Shown here piece by piece: positions 8,633 through 16,901 of a stretch of DNA of 64,000 nt; position 1 is the first letter of the stretch; every line of letters starts with the position of its first letter. The position numbers and the translations under genes were made by a program. This DNA comes from a bacterium (GTDB lineage: Bacteria; Pseudomonadota; Alphaproteobacteria; Micavibrionales; UBA2020), in contig JAQSDV010000007.1 of the NCBI GenBank assembly GCA_029945425.1, positions 278,325 through 342,324 of the forward strand, in the 5' to 3' direction. The notes beneath the pieces were generated by a model, which saw only the letters and a list, made by a program, of their open reading frames with translations, was not told the origin of the DNA and made no database searches.

Positions 8633-9474
8633 GGAGCGGGATTCCGCAGCACGGGTTTATCCAGCGTCGCGCCGCCTTCCATCTTCGCCAGTTTCTGCGT
8701 CAGCTCGCGGACGGTGTCCTGCAAGCTGCCGACTTCGGCGGTCAGGGTTTCGACGGTGCGGGGCGCGGGCTCGTTGGCAGGCAATTGTTTTTTCAGCTCG
8801 GCCAGGAATTCAAACACGGGCGCATTGCCGAGCGCCATTTCGGTCGAGATCGCAAGATCGATATCCGCCGCATGACGCGTTACGAGATGCAGCGCCATGT
8901 CAGCCGATTTGTCGCGCGCCGCGCCGCGCAGCAGTTGTTCGTTGTTCTTGTGCAGGTCGAGGCCGATGGCGGCGAACAGGTCGACCGCGTCGGTAAATTT
9001 CTTGTCGACAGCAGTTTGCAGCGCTTTGTCAGGAGCGCCCATTTTATCGTAACCGTTCGCCAGCATTTTTTTCATTATGCGCAGCTTCACATCGTCGGCG
9101 AATGCGCTCGCGATCACCATGCTTAAATACCAGCTGCCGGATTTTTCGTTGAAATTCGTGCCGCCTTTTTCCATCAGCAGTTCGGTAATCTCCAGCCGGT
9201 TGCGGTAGATCGACTGGCTCAGCATTGAATCGAGGATGACCTGTTTCGATCCCGGTTTCATGTGCCAGCGTTTCACCACCGCATCGTCCAGTTTTTCGAC
9301 CAGCAGCCCCGCCATGCGCGGCGTGACATCGGCCACATATTCGCCGCTCAAAATTTCAAAGAAAAAGTCGTAGCCCTTTTTCTGCATCAATTGTTCCATG
9401 CGCGGCAGATCGTCGGTCTTCACCGTTTCGCGGAAGGCGTCTGATTTCGACTGGAAAATGCGGGACAGTTTCAT
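8629..9474 (-). CDS. Ankyrin-like paralogue with a C-terminal coiled coil and Pro-rich tail (member 1 of 3)
   Basis: It carries FQSKSDAFRETVKTDDL, MLANGYDKMGAPDKALQTAV and LHLVTRHAADIDLAI. The tail reads TVETLTAEVGSLQDTVRELTQKLAK and ends NPAP. Confidence 0.6.
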   Translation of the reverse strand: MKLSRIFQSKSDAFRETVKTDDLPRMEQLMQKKGYDFFFEILSGEYVADVTPRMAGLLVEKLDDAVVKRWHMKPGSKQVILDSMLSQSIYRNRLEITELLMEKGGTNFNEKSGSWYLSMVIASAFADDVKLRIMKKMLANGYDKMGAPDKALQTAVDKKFTDAVDLFAAIGLDLHKNNEQLLRGAARDKSADMALHLVTRHAADIDLAISTEMALGNAPVFEFLAELKKQLPANEPAPRTVETLTAEVGSLQDTVRELTQKLAKMEGGATLDKPVLRNPAP

Positions 9475-9557
9475 GGCAAACCAAGGGTCGGTTGGCGAAG
9501 GGAAGATGCCCTTGAGCGCCTGCCAAAACCTACTCCCGGGGCTGGATTATGTCAACT

Positions 9558-10313
9558 TTAAAGCTGAAACGGTTTGTACGGTTTTGTGCCGTTCTTCGGG
9601 GCTTCCACGGGAGTGTTGGGCGGCGCTACCTTCACGACAAAATCACGCAGTAATTCCAATGATTTAGGGCTGGCGTCATGTTTCTGGCCGGTGATGATTT
9701 CGGCCTCCGCCCTGAATTCCTGTGCCTTTAGAACGGTTTGGAACCACACCGCATGCGGGGCGCCGGAATAGTGCTGGTTTTCGAGTTCCCCCGCCACCAG
9801 TTTGACCGGCGGTTTTGATTTGATTTCGGGCACGAGGTCGAGCGCACCCCCTGAAATCGCGAACACGCCCGCGACTTCCGTTTCGCGGGAAAGGCCGGTA
9901 TAAACCGCCATCGTGCCGCCTTGCGAAAAGCCCGCGATGACGACGCGGTTTTCCGGCAATCCTGCTTCCGCCGCGATTTTCGTGATGTAATCGTTCAGCT
10001 CTGCTGCGGTTGCCGGCGCGCGTTCCTGCGCGGTGCGGCGCAGCAGCCCGATATCGTCCTGACGGTCGATCACGTCGCGCAGTTCGAACCAGCTGTGATT
10101 GTTGAAACCCATCTGCACGGGCGCGTCGGGGAAATGCAGTTTCGCATCCGGCAGCATGGGCCCGAGCTGATCGCCGACATATTGGCGCATCAGGTCGCCG
10201 GATGACCCGTAGCCATGCATGAACACAACCAGCGTTTCGGGTTTTTTGCCGTTTTCAGGATCGCGCGAATAATCGTGGATCATGGAGCCCTGTCGCATAA
10301 GTTGCTGAAACAA
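9558..10313 (-). CDS. Phospholipase/carboxylesterase family alpha/beta hydrolase
   Basis: VVFMHGYGSSGDLM and the GFSQGG nucleophile elbow are present. Size and layout are typical of the family. Confidence 0.75.
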   Translation of the reverse strand: MFQQLMRQGSMIHDYSRDPENGKKPETLVVFMHGYGSSGDLMRQYVGDQLGPMLPDAKLHFPDAPVQMGFNNHSWFELRDVIDRQDDIGLLRRTAQERAPATAAELNDYITKIAAEAGLPENRVVIAGFSQGGTMAVYTGLSRETEVAGVFAISGGALDLVPEIKSKPPVKLVAGELENQHYSGAPHAVWFQTVLKAQEFRAEAEIITGQKHDASPKSLELLRDFVVKVAPPNTPVEAPKNGTKPYKPFQL

Positions 10314-10359
10314 GGCATTACTTTATAATATTATGATAATTAAGTCAAGCTCTGAGATA

Positions 10360-10998
10360 TTAACCGAGCGCAGGGCGGGTATTGCCCAGCTGCGCCTGCG
10401 TTTTTTGCTGGATCGCCTGTGATTCCATGATGGCGCGGCGGAATTCGATGGGGGTTTCGATGGGGGGCAAAACGACCTCGCCCACGCCCATGCCGCGGAT
10501 GACGACGTTGCCATAGCCGAAGATACGGCCCAGCACGCCCTGCCGCACCGATACACCCTCGATCCGGTCGATGTTCAATTCACCGACGTTGCGGGCGATC
10601 AGGCCTTTTTTGTAAACAAGACGCTCCGACGTGACCGCGATTTCGGTCGTCGCCTTCACGATCATCATATGCGCGAAGAAATAAAGCCCCAGCAGGAACA
10701 TGCCCAGAATGCTGAAGCGGATCAGCGGATGCAGCGCCCAGAGGATTTTAAGATAACCGCCCTTTTTCGCGACGATCTGGTTCCATGCCTGGTCGTAATA
10801 GGCCTTGTCCATGTCCGGCGGATACAACGCGCGCATTTCCTGCGACACCACCCACCAGATCGCGACATAGCCGACCGCGATGCCGAGCGCGAGGCCGAAC
10901 AGGATCCAGCCGATGGCCTGCAGCGTGTACATCCAGTGGAAGCGCGCCCCCATCAGGATTTCTTCTTTCGGGCCGAGTGACTGCTGGACGTAAAGCAT
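10360..10998 (-). CDS. Membrane protein with a bacterial PH domain (bPH_2/YdbT-like)
   Basis: It has TM hairpins followed by ERLVYKKGLIARNVGELNIDRIEGVSVRQGVLGRIFGYGNVVI. Confidence 0.65.
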   Translation of the reverse strand: MLYVQQSLGPKEEILMGARFHWMYTLQAIGWILFGLALGIAVGYVAIWWVVSQEMRALYPPDMDKAYYDQAWNQIVAKKGGYLKILWALHPLIRFSILGMFLLGLYFFAHMMIVKATTEIAVTSERLVYKKGLIARNVGELNIDRIEGVSVRQGVLGRIFGYGNVVIRGMGVGEVVLPPIETPIEFRRAIMESQAIQQKTQAQLGNTRPALG

Positions 10999-11041
10999 GT
11001 GACTTCCTTAACCGTTCGACCCTATCTTAACCAAGGTCGTA

Positions 11042-12124
11042 TCAATCACCAAGGCAAATGCCGAGCATACGCGCGGTATGCACCAGCGGGCCCTTTACAT
11101 CGACCTGCTGATACGAGGCAATGGCCTCCTCGATCGGCACATCGATGACCTGACGGTTCGACCATGCGACCATTCTGTCAAATTTGCCTTCGGCGACCAG
11201 TTCGACCGCGCGCACGCCGAATGCCGCCGCGACCAGACGGTCGGACGGGATGGGCGGTGCGCCGCGCTGGACGTGGCCAAGGACGGTGACGCGGGTTTCA
11301 AAACCCGTCAGTTCCGCAATCTGTTCGCCGATGTGATAGCCGATACCGCCAAAGCGTTTTTCGCCGCCTTTATATTCCATCTGCTTCGCGCCGCCTTCGA
11401 TCGTTTTCACGGCTTCGGAGACAACCACCAGCGCGAAGTTGCGCTGTTCGGTGTCGCGCACCTTGATGATTTTTTCCGCGACTTTTTTGATGTCATAGGG
11501 AATTTCGGGGATCAGGATGACATCCGCGCCACCCGCGATGCCGGTCGAAATCGCGATGTTGCCCGCGTCGCGGCCCATCACCTCCAGCACCATCACGCGG
11601 TCATGGCTCGCCGCGGTCGGCTGCAAACGGTCGAGCGCTTCGGTTGCGACATACAATGCCGTTTCGAAACCGACGGAGGTTTCCGTCATGCCCACATCGT
11701 TGTCGATTGTTTTCGGCACGCAGACGAGACCGAATTTTCCGCGTTGCGCGAGCGTGCGCAAAATCGCCATCGATCCGTCGCCGCCGATGCCGATCACGGC
11801 CTCGAGGCCAAGCTGCTGGATGCCTTCGATGATTTCGCCGGTGCGGTCTTTTTCCGTGCCGTCGTTCATCGGGAATTTAAACGGGTTGCCCTTGTTCGTG
11901 GTGCCGAGGATCGTGCCGCCCTGGCGCATCACGGTCGTATCGAACATCGCGCGGTTGAGAACGCGGTAACGAAGCGGACGGTCAAGCAAACCTGCCGTGC
12001 CGTCCTCCAGCCCGATCACTTCCCAGTTTTTTTCCGCCGCTGCATGCACCGCCGCGCGGATCACCGCGTTCAGTCCCGCGCAATCCCCGCCCGAAGTCAG
12101 GATGCCGATGCGTTTCTTTCCCAT
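11042..12124 (-). CDS. 6-phosphofructokinase. ATP versus PPi dependence is not resolved.
   Basis: IGILTSGGDCAGLNAVIRA, GIGGDGS and PKTIDNDV are present in a 360 aa product. Confidence 0.85.
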   Translation of the reverse strand: MGKKRIGILTSGGDCAGLNAVIRAAVHAAAEKNWEVIGLEDGTAGLLDRPLRYRVLNRAMFDTTVMRQGGTILGTTNKGNPFKFPMNDGTEKDRTGEIIEGIQQLGLEAVIGIGGDGSMAILRTLAQRGKFGLVCVPKTIDNDVGMTETSVGFETALYVATEALDRLQPTAASHDRVMVLEVMGRDAGNIAISTGIAGGADVILIPEIPYDIKKVAEKIIKVRDTEQRNFALVVVSEAVKTIEGGAKQMEYKGGEKRFGGIGYHIGEQIAELTGFETRVTVLGHVQRGAPPIPSDRLVAAAFGVRAVELVAEGKFDRMVAWSNRQVIDVPIEEAIASYQQVDVKGPLVHTARMLGICLGD

Positions 12125-12343
12125 ATTATATTTCCCTTAACGATTATGCCGTATATTTGATAAGCGCCCCGTTGAATCGAACGGCTTTTTTGCGAAGTTT
12201 GCCATTTGAGAGTCGGGCTTGGCGCATTGCAACAAATAAAGCTTAAAAAAACAAGGGTTTCCTGATAATATATTTGTGCCTCGAACCAAAGGCGATGCCT
12301 TGTGACAATAAGGCACGCCACAAAGGACTGTTACGGATCCGGT

Positions 12344-12550
12344 ATGCTGCAAGAAGACGAAGAAGACATCCAGAAAATGATGCACGAGCTCAAGACCGAG
12401 CATCGTGACCTCGACATTATCCTCCAGCAGCTGACCACCGCGACCCCCATCGACTTCCTGCGCCTGCAGCGCCTGAAAAAACGGAAACTGTTTTTGAAGG
12501 ATTCGATTTCCAAGCTGGAAAGCATGCTGCTGCCGGATATTATCGCTTAA
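12344..12550 (+). CDS. DUF465 (YdcH-like) small protein
   Basis: ELKTEHRDLD and LQRLKKRKLFLKDSISKLE are typical of DUF465. Confidence 0.65.
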   Translation: MLQEDEEDIQKMMHELKTEHRDLDIILQQLTTATPIDFLRLQRLKKRKLFLKDSISKLESMLLPDIIA

Positions 12551-12564
12551 TTCCATAACAAATA

Positions 12565-12668
12565 CTGTCATTCTGAGCGCAGCGAAGAATCTCCCTTCGT
12601 CGGCATCCCGCTATTTGTGCGGTTTCAGGGGGATTCTTCGCTGCGCTCAGAATGACAGCCGCCTTGAC
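12565..12668. repeat. Palindromic repeat element, copy 1 (27-bp perfect inverted arms, about 50-nt spacer)
   Basis: The left arm is ctgtcattctgagcgcagcgaagaatc (12565-12591) and the right arm is gattcttcgctgcgctcagaatgacag (12642-12668). A second copy of the same arm family lies at 22755-22831. Confidence 0.8.
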
Positions 12669-12720
12669 ATAACCCCCCATTCCGCTACCCTGCCCCCGTA
12701 TTCCAAACGAGGGTTTTTAC

Positions 12721-13698
12721 ATGCCGTCTTATTTCGGCGTTCATCAGCGCGATCTGGTCGCGTCTATCAACGATACGCTCGAACTGCTCGAAACCTATCC
12801 GGTGGGCGCAGTAGCGCATGCGCTGATCTATGGATTGCGCGCCGTTGATCCCAAGACGGGCAAGACAAAGCTGGGCGCGATTGCATCCGCGCTCGATGAT
12901 ATGTCGCTGCTGCATGCGGTGAAGAATTCCGGCGTGACGGATGTGTTCGGCCAGCTGGGTGAAATTTTGCAATTCCATGCGCAGCAGAATACCGGCGGCA
13001 AGGGCACGGCGCTGTGGCAGTCGCTGATGAGCTGGAACGGACTCGGCGGCAGTATGTCGCTGACCTATACCGACACCGTGGCGGAATGCGACAGCTGGCT
13101 GGCGGCAAGCCGCGCGAAATTAATCCCGATGACACAAGAGAGCCTCGATAAAATTCACAGCATCGCCCATGCGACATCAAGCAAGCAGGACGCGATCAAT
13201 AATGCCATCGTCATGATGTCGGCATTCGTGTCCGTCAATCATGCGGGCGGCGATGTGGACGGTATGAAGCATTTGTTCATGGCGCTCGACCTGCACGAGC
13301 GGCATATCGTGAACAAGACCTTTGCCGCAATCACGCAGGAAAATTTACCCCCTATCCACGCGCCCGGGCCTTACGCGCTTTATGGCGTCGTGATTGACGA
13401 CATGACATCGGGCAAGATCGGCTGGAGCGATGAAAGCCTGCGCCCGCTGATCGAGCGTACCGAGGCCGCATTGCAGCCGTTCTATCCCACCGGCGAAGTG
13501 CAGCGTTTCATGGTCGGCCGCATCACGCCGCCGGAGGCCGCCGAACAGCTGGAGGGATTCCTGATTATTTCCACGCGACGCGCGGGTCAGGCGGTTGCGA
13601 ATGCGCTGCCCGAATTCCGCGTTATCGACCGCGACGGCATCACGATCCCCGCACAATCCACGCAAGCCCCGAAACCGGGCAGCCGCTTTTCGATTTAA
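12721..13698 (+). CDS. Hypothetical protein (325 aa)
   Basis: A long ORF with ordinary globular composition. It is the first gene of a same-strand, tightly spaced four-gene run. Confidence 0.55.
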   Translation: MPSYFGVHQRDLVASINDTLELLETYPVGAVAHALIYGLRAVDPKTGKTKLGAIASALDDMSLLHAVKNSGVTDVFGQLGEILQFHAQQNTGGKGTALWQSLMSWNGLGGSMSLTYTDTVAECDSWLAASRAKLIPMTQESLDKIHSIAHATSSKQDAINNAIVMMSAFVSVNHAGGDVDGMKHLFMALDLHERHIVNKTFAAITQENLPPIHAPGPYALYGVVIDDMTSGKIGWSDESLRPLIERTEAALQPFYPTGEVQRFMVGRITPPEAAEQLEGFLIISTRRAGQAVANALPEFRVIDRDGITIPAQSTQAPKPGSRFSI

Positions 13699-13708
13699 GG
13701 AGAATAAA

Positions 13709-14236
13709 ATGACCGACAAGAAAAAAGACACGAGCAAAAAAGATCTGGGCGAAAAAGATGTGGGCGTCAAACGCACCATCAACACCATTAAACTCAGCGA
13801 TGCCTTCCGCCGCCGCGCCGAATATGGCGAGCCGGAGAAGGTGAAGGAAATCGTGAAACAGGCGCGCATTTTTGCCGCCAGCACCACATGGTATCACCCC
13901 GCCGAAACATGGTTTCACGCGCGCGTGACCGAAAATGTGACGAAGAGCGTGACCCGCATGGCGGAAATCGCGGCATCGCTGGGCGCAAAGGAAATCATCC
14001 TGCCCGTCACCGGCGATCCGCGCAGTTCCTTCACCGCGTTTTTTGAAAAGAAGATTTTGCCGACGCTGGATTTGCCGGTAAAGGTCTCGCTGCAAAAACA
14101 TGAATACAAAAAAGACCTGACGCATCTGGGCCGCATCGACCGCCGCATCCGCACCGCCATCGACCAGGGCCTGCGGGGCATGGCGGATATCGACAGCAAC
14201 CTGAAATACAAATGGGACCGCAACCCGCGCCCGTAA
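13709..14236 (+). CDS. Hypothetical protein with a Lys-rich N-terminus (175 aa)
   Basis: AAGGAG lies 6 nt upstream of the ATG at 13709, which is 10 nt after the upstream stop. Confidence 0.55.
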   Translation: MTDKKKDTSKKDLGEKDVGVKRTINTIKLSDAFRRRAEYGEPEKVKEIVKQARIFAASTTWYHPAETWFHARVTENVTKSVTRMAEIAASLGAKEIILPVTGDPRSSFTAFFEKKILPTLDLPVKVSLQKHEYKKDLTHLGRIDRRIRTAIDQGLRGMADIDSNLKYKWDRNPRP

Positions 14237-14250
14237 CGGAGTAACAAAAA

Positions 14251-14793
14251 TTGTTCAGCCGTGCCCTTTCTCTTTGCATCACCCTGCCCTTGCTGGCGGC
14301 CTGCGCGCAGGCCATCGGGCCGGAGGCGACATCGCAAGGCTTGCGCGGCGAGACGTCGATGACATACATCTTCAAGGATGACACCACGCTGCTGCCACGC
14401 ACGCGCATCAGCGGCGCGCAGCTACAGGAGGGCAAGACCTATCGCGCGCGCGGCTTGCTGGTGATCGATGGCGATGTGCCGCCCCATGCGGCATTGACCG
14501 TGACGGAGGGCAAGCTGGTGGTGACCGGCAATGTCGCCCGCAATACCCGCCTGACGGTGACGCAGGATGTCGAGGTGTTCGAGGAGTTCCGCGACGTGCC
14601 CTGCCACGCCCCCTTGGAAACCACCGTCTGCCATGAAAAGGTCGAGGTTGTGCGCCGCAAATTCATCGATGGCGATCCCGCAGTCGATATTCAGGGTGAC
14701 CTCGGCACCGATGCGAAGATCATCACGAATGGTTCTGTTTATATCTCCGACCGCCGGTTTGATCATGACGGCTTTGTGCCGACCCGTCCGTAA
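14251..14793 (+). CDS. Lipoprotein, paralogue 1 (TTG start)
   Basis: It has a lipobox (LPLLAACAQ). It shares Y-A-G-LVI-G-VP, GKL-VTG, two Cys and PAV-G-GTD with the next gene. Confidence 0.55.
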   Translation: MFSRALSLCITLPLLAACAQAIGPEATSQGLRGETSMTYIFKDDTTLLPRTRISGAQLQEGKTYRARGLLVIDGDVPPHAALTVTEGKLVVTGNVARNTRLTVTQDVEVFEEFRDVPCHAPLETTVCHEKVEVVRRKFIDGDPAVDIQGDLGTDAKIITNGSVYISDRRFDHDGFVPTRP

Positions 14794-14876
14794 ATCAAGC
14801 ACTTAGCCGAATCCCCGTGCGGTATTATGGAACCATGTTATTATGTTCATATCGAGCATAACAACAGAGGATTCGC

Positions 14877-15464
14877 ATGAAAGCTGGCATGTTCCGCAAG
14901 ATGGGTCTGGTTCTGGCATTCGCAGCGGCGCTGGCCGGTTGCGGGCAATCTCTCGGCCCCGGCGCAGAAACCCCCGACCTGCAAGGCACCACCACCCTGA
15001 CCCAAGTCTTCAACGGCGGCCCCCAGCAGCCCAGCACCACCATCCGCGCCGAAGCATTGAAAGCCAATGAAAGCTATAACGCCAAGGGCGAACTGGTGAT
15101 CGAGGGCAGCGTGCCCGCCGGCGTGCGCATCAATGTGGAGGACGGCAAGCTGACCGTGACCGGCGATATCGGCAACGGCGCACGCATCGACGTGTCGCAG
15201 CCGACCACGACGCATAGCGAACGCTATTCAGGTTATTGCTACAGCTACAGTTTCCGCGGCAAATACGAATACGGCTTCAGCGCGCTCTGCCACCGCACGG
15301 TGGTCGACGGCCTGACCTATAGCGACGCGGCGCCCGCGGTGGCCGTGCGCGGCACCATCGGCACCGATGTGCGTATCGCAACCCCCGGCAGCATCACCGT
15401 CAACGGGCGCGAAATTGTAAACCCCGCACGCATCATGCCGATGGCCCCGAAACCGGGTGCGTAA
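14877..15464 (+). CDS. Lipoprotein, paralogue 2
   Basis: It has a lipobox (AAALAGCGQ). GELVIEGSVPAGVRINVEDGKLTVTGDIGNGARIDV is beta-helix-like. Confidence 0.6.
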   Translation: MKAGMFRKMGLVLAFAAALAGCGQSLGPGAETPDLQGTTTLTQVFNGGPQQPSTTIRAEALKANESYNAKGELVIEGSVPAGVRINVEDGKLTVTGDIGNGARIDVSQPTTTHSERYSGYCYSYSFRGKYEYGFSALCHRTVVDGLTYSDAAPAVAVRGTIGTDVRIATPGSITVNGREIVNPARIMPMAPKPGA

Positions 15465-15537
15465 CGAATATTTGACATAATCATTAGTTTCTGGTAGTTT
15501 CTTCGGATTGTCCATCCACCTCTCGGGAGAAACCAGC

Positions 15538-15798
15538 ATGCCGATCAATCCGAATGCCAAAGGCGAAATCAGCGGCGAGTCCCTGTTCGGTGATGCCGGC
15601 AGCCCCGAAGCACTCGCCATGCTGTACGCGGCGCGTCAAAACCCGCCGAAAGAACGGTTTTCGGGGCTGAAGAAGTTGCTGGGAACGCTCAAAAAAGCCT
15701 TCACGATCGAGGCGCCGAAAGGCGACCGCGGTTGCCGTAGCGAACGGGGTGCCTGCTCGATCATCCGCGACACCAGTTTCCGCAACGGGCCGCGCTAA
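15538..15798 (+). CDS. Possible small hypothetical protein (86 aa)
   Basis: TTGACA-N17-TAGTTT lies about 40 nt upstream, and a weak GGGAGA motif lies before the ATG. No family was recognised. Confidence 0.3.
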   Translation: MPINPNAKGEISGESLFGDAGSPEALAMLYAARQNPPKERFSGLKKLLGTLKKAFTIEAPKGDRGCRSERGACSIIRDTSFRNGPR

Positions 15799-15925
15799 TC
15801 CCTTAAAACAAATTCGTGGAACTTAATCCCACAGTCTCCATTTGTACGAGTGGAGAAGCAGGCGTCACAAGCCGGTCTTTCAGACGCCTGCTTCTCTACA
15901 TATCGACAGATGCAGGCAAAAAGAC

Positions 15926-16186
15926 ATGGAAACCACCAGGCAAAAATTCTGGGAGGCTGCGGATCTCCTCTCGACCGGTGACGGCCCCCTGCAGATCCGC
16001 CTGCGCTCCGCAGCCGAACATCTGCGCGATGTTGATGTAAAAAAAATTCCCGAAGAACTGCGGGCCGATTTCGAAAAAATCCAGAGCCTCGCCGATGCCG
16101 ACACCACCAGCCTCTCCCGTGACGAGGCAGAAGAATTCGCCTCCGCCATCTTCCACATCTATGCGGAAGTGCATGACGAGATGTGA
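15926..16186 (+). CDS. Small acidic helical hypothetical protein (86 aa)
   Basis: It starts METTRQKFWEAADLL and has clean helical composition. The competing overlapping ORFs are low-complexity. Confidence 0.4.
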   Translation: METTRQKFWEAADLLSTGDGPLQIRLRSAAEHLRDVDVKKIPEELRADFEKIQSLADADTTSLSRDEAEEFASAIFHIYAEVHDEM

Positions 16187-16210
16187 GGCGACACCCGTTA
16201 TCCGGACAAA

Positions 16211-16894
16211 TTAAATCAGTACGCCCTGCGCCTGCAAAATTTCGCGGGCAAGCGGCACGGTGACGGGGCGTTTCTGGGAGAGGGATTGCTTGTCGATTTC
16301 GGTCGCGATGTGGCGCAGCGCTGCGAAGCTGCGTTCGATGCGTTTGACCACGAATTCGATGACATCGGCGGGCACGGCAAGCTGGCGGTCGGAGAAAAGT
16401 TTTGCCAGCACGATCGACATCAACTGCTCGTCCGGCTCCGTGATCGCAACGGCGGGGGCCGCCATGATGCGGGATTTCAAATCGGGCAGCGTGAAGCGCC
16501 ACAGCGCGGGCGGGTGTTCGGATGTGAGCAGGATATGCGCCCCCTCCTCCTTCGCGCGGTTATAGGTGTGGAACAGCGCGGTTTCGCCATCGTCACTCCC
16601 GATGAATTTTTCGGCGTCGTCGATAATCGCGGCCTGCGGGAAATCATTAACGCCGCGCAAATCATTGATGTTCTGCGGCGTGACGTCGAGCGCATCGGTC
16701 TGTTTCTGCCACACGCGGGCAAGATGCGTTTTGCCCGATGCGGGCGGGCCGTAAATCACCAGCGCAGGCGCGGGCCAGTCGGGATATTTGTCGAGCCATG
16801 CAACCGCATCGGCATTCGATTGCGACACCCACAGGTCGTCACGCTCGAAGGCTTCGCGGTGGCCGAGGTCGAAGGGAAGCTGCTGCGGCTTCAT
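16211..16894 (-). CDS. hdaA: DnaA regulatory inactivator HdaA
   Basis: It has QLPFDL at the N-terminus, Walker A (YGPPASGKTHL), an AAA+ layout and a length of 227 aa. Confidence 0.8.
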   Translation of the reverse strand: MKPQQLPFDLGHREAFERDDLWVSQSNADAVAWLDKYPDWPAPALVIYGPPASGKTHLARVWQKQTDALDVTPQNINDLRGVNDFPQAAIIDDAEKFIGSDDGETALFHTYNRAKEEGAHILLTSEHPPALWRFTLPDLKSRIMAAPAVAITEPDEQLMSIVLAKLFSDRQLAVPADVIEFVVKRIERSFAALRHIATEIDKQSLSQKRPVTVPLAREILQAQGVLI

Positions 16895-16901
16895 CTGGTG
16901 A

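Noticed and set aside
12139-12200. The hairpin ccgtt-gaatc-gaacgg followed by a T-run upstream of pfk as a terminator.
   Set aside because: No plus-strand gene lies upstream for it to terminate, and a 5-bp stem is too weak to call.
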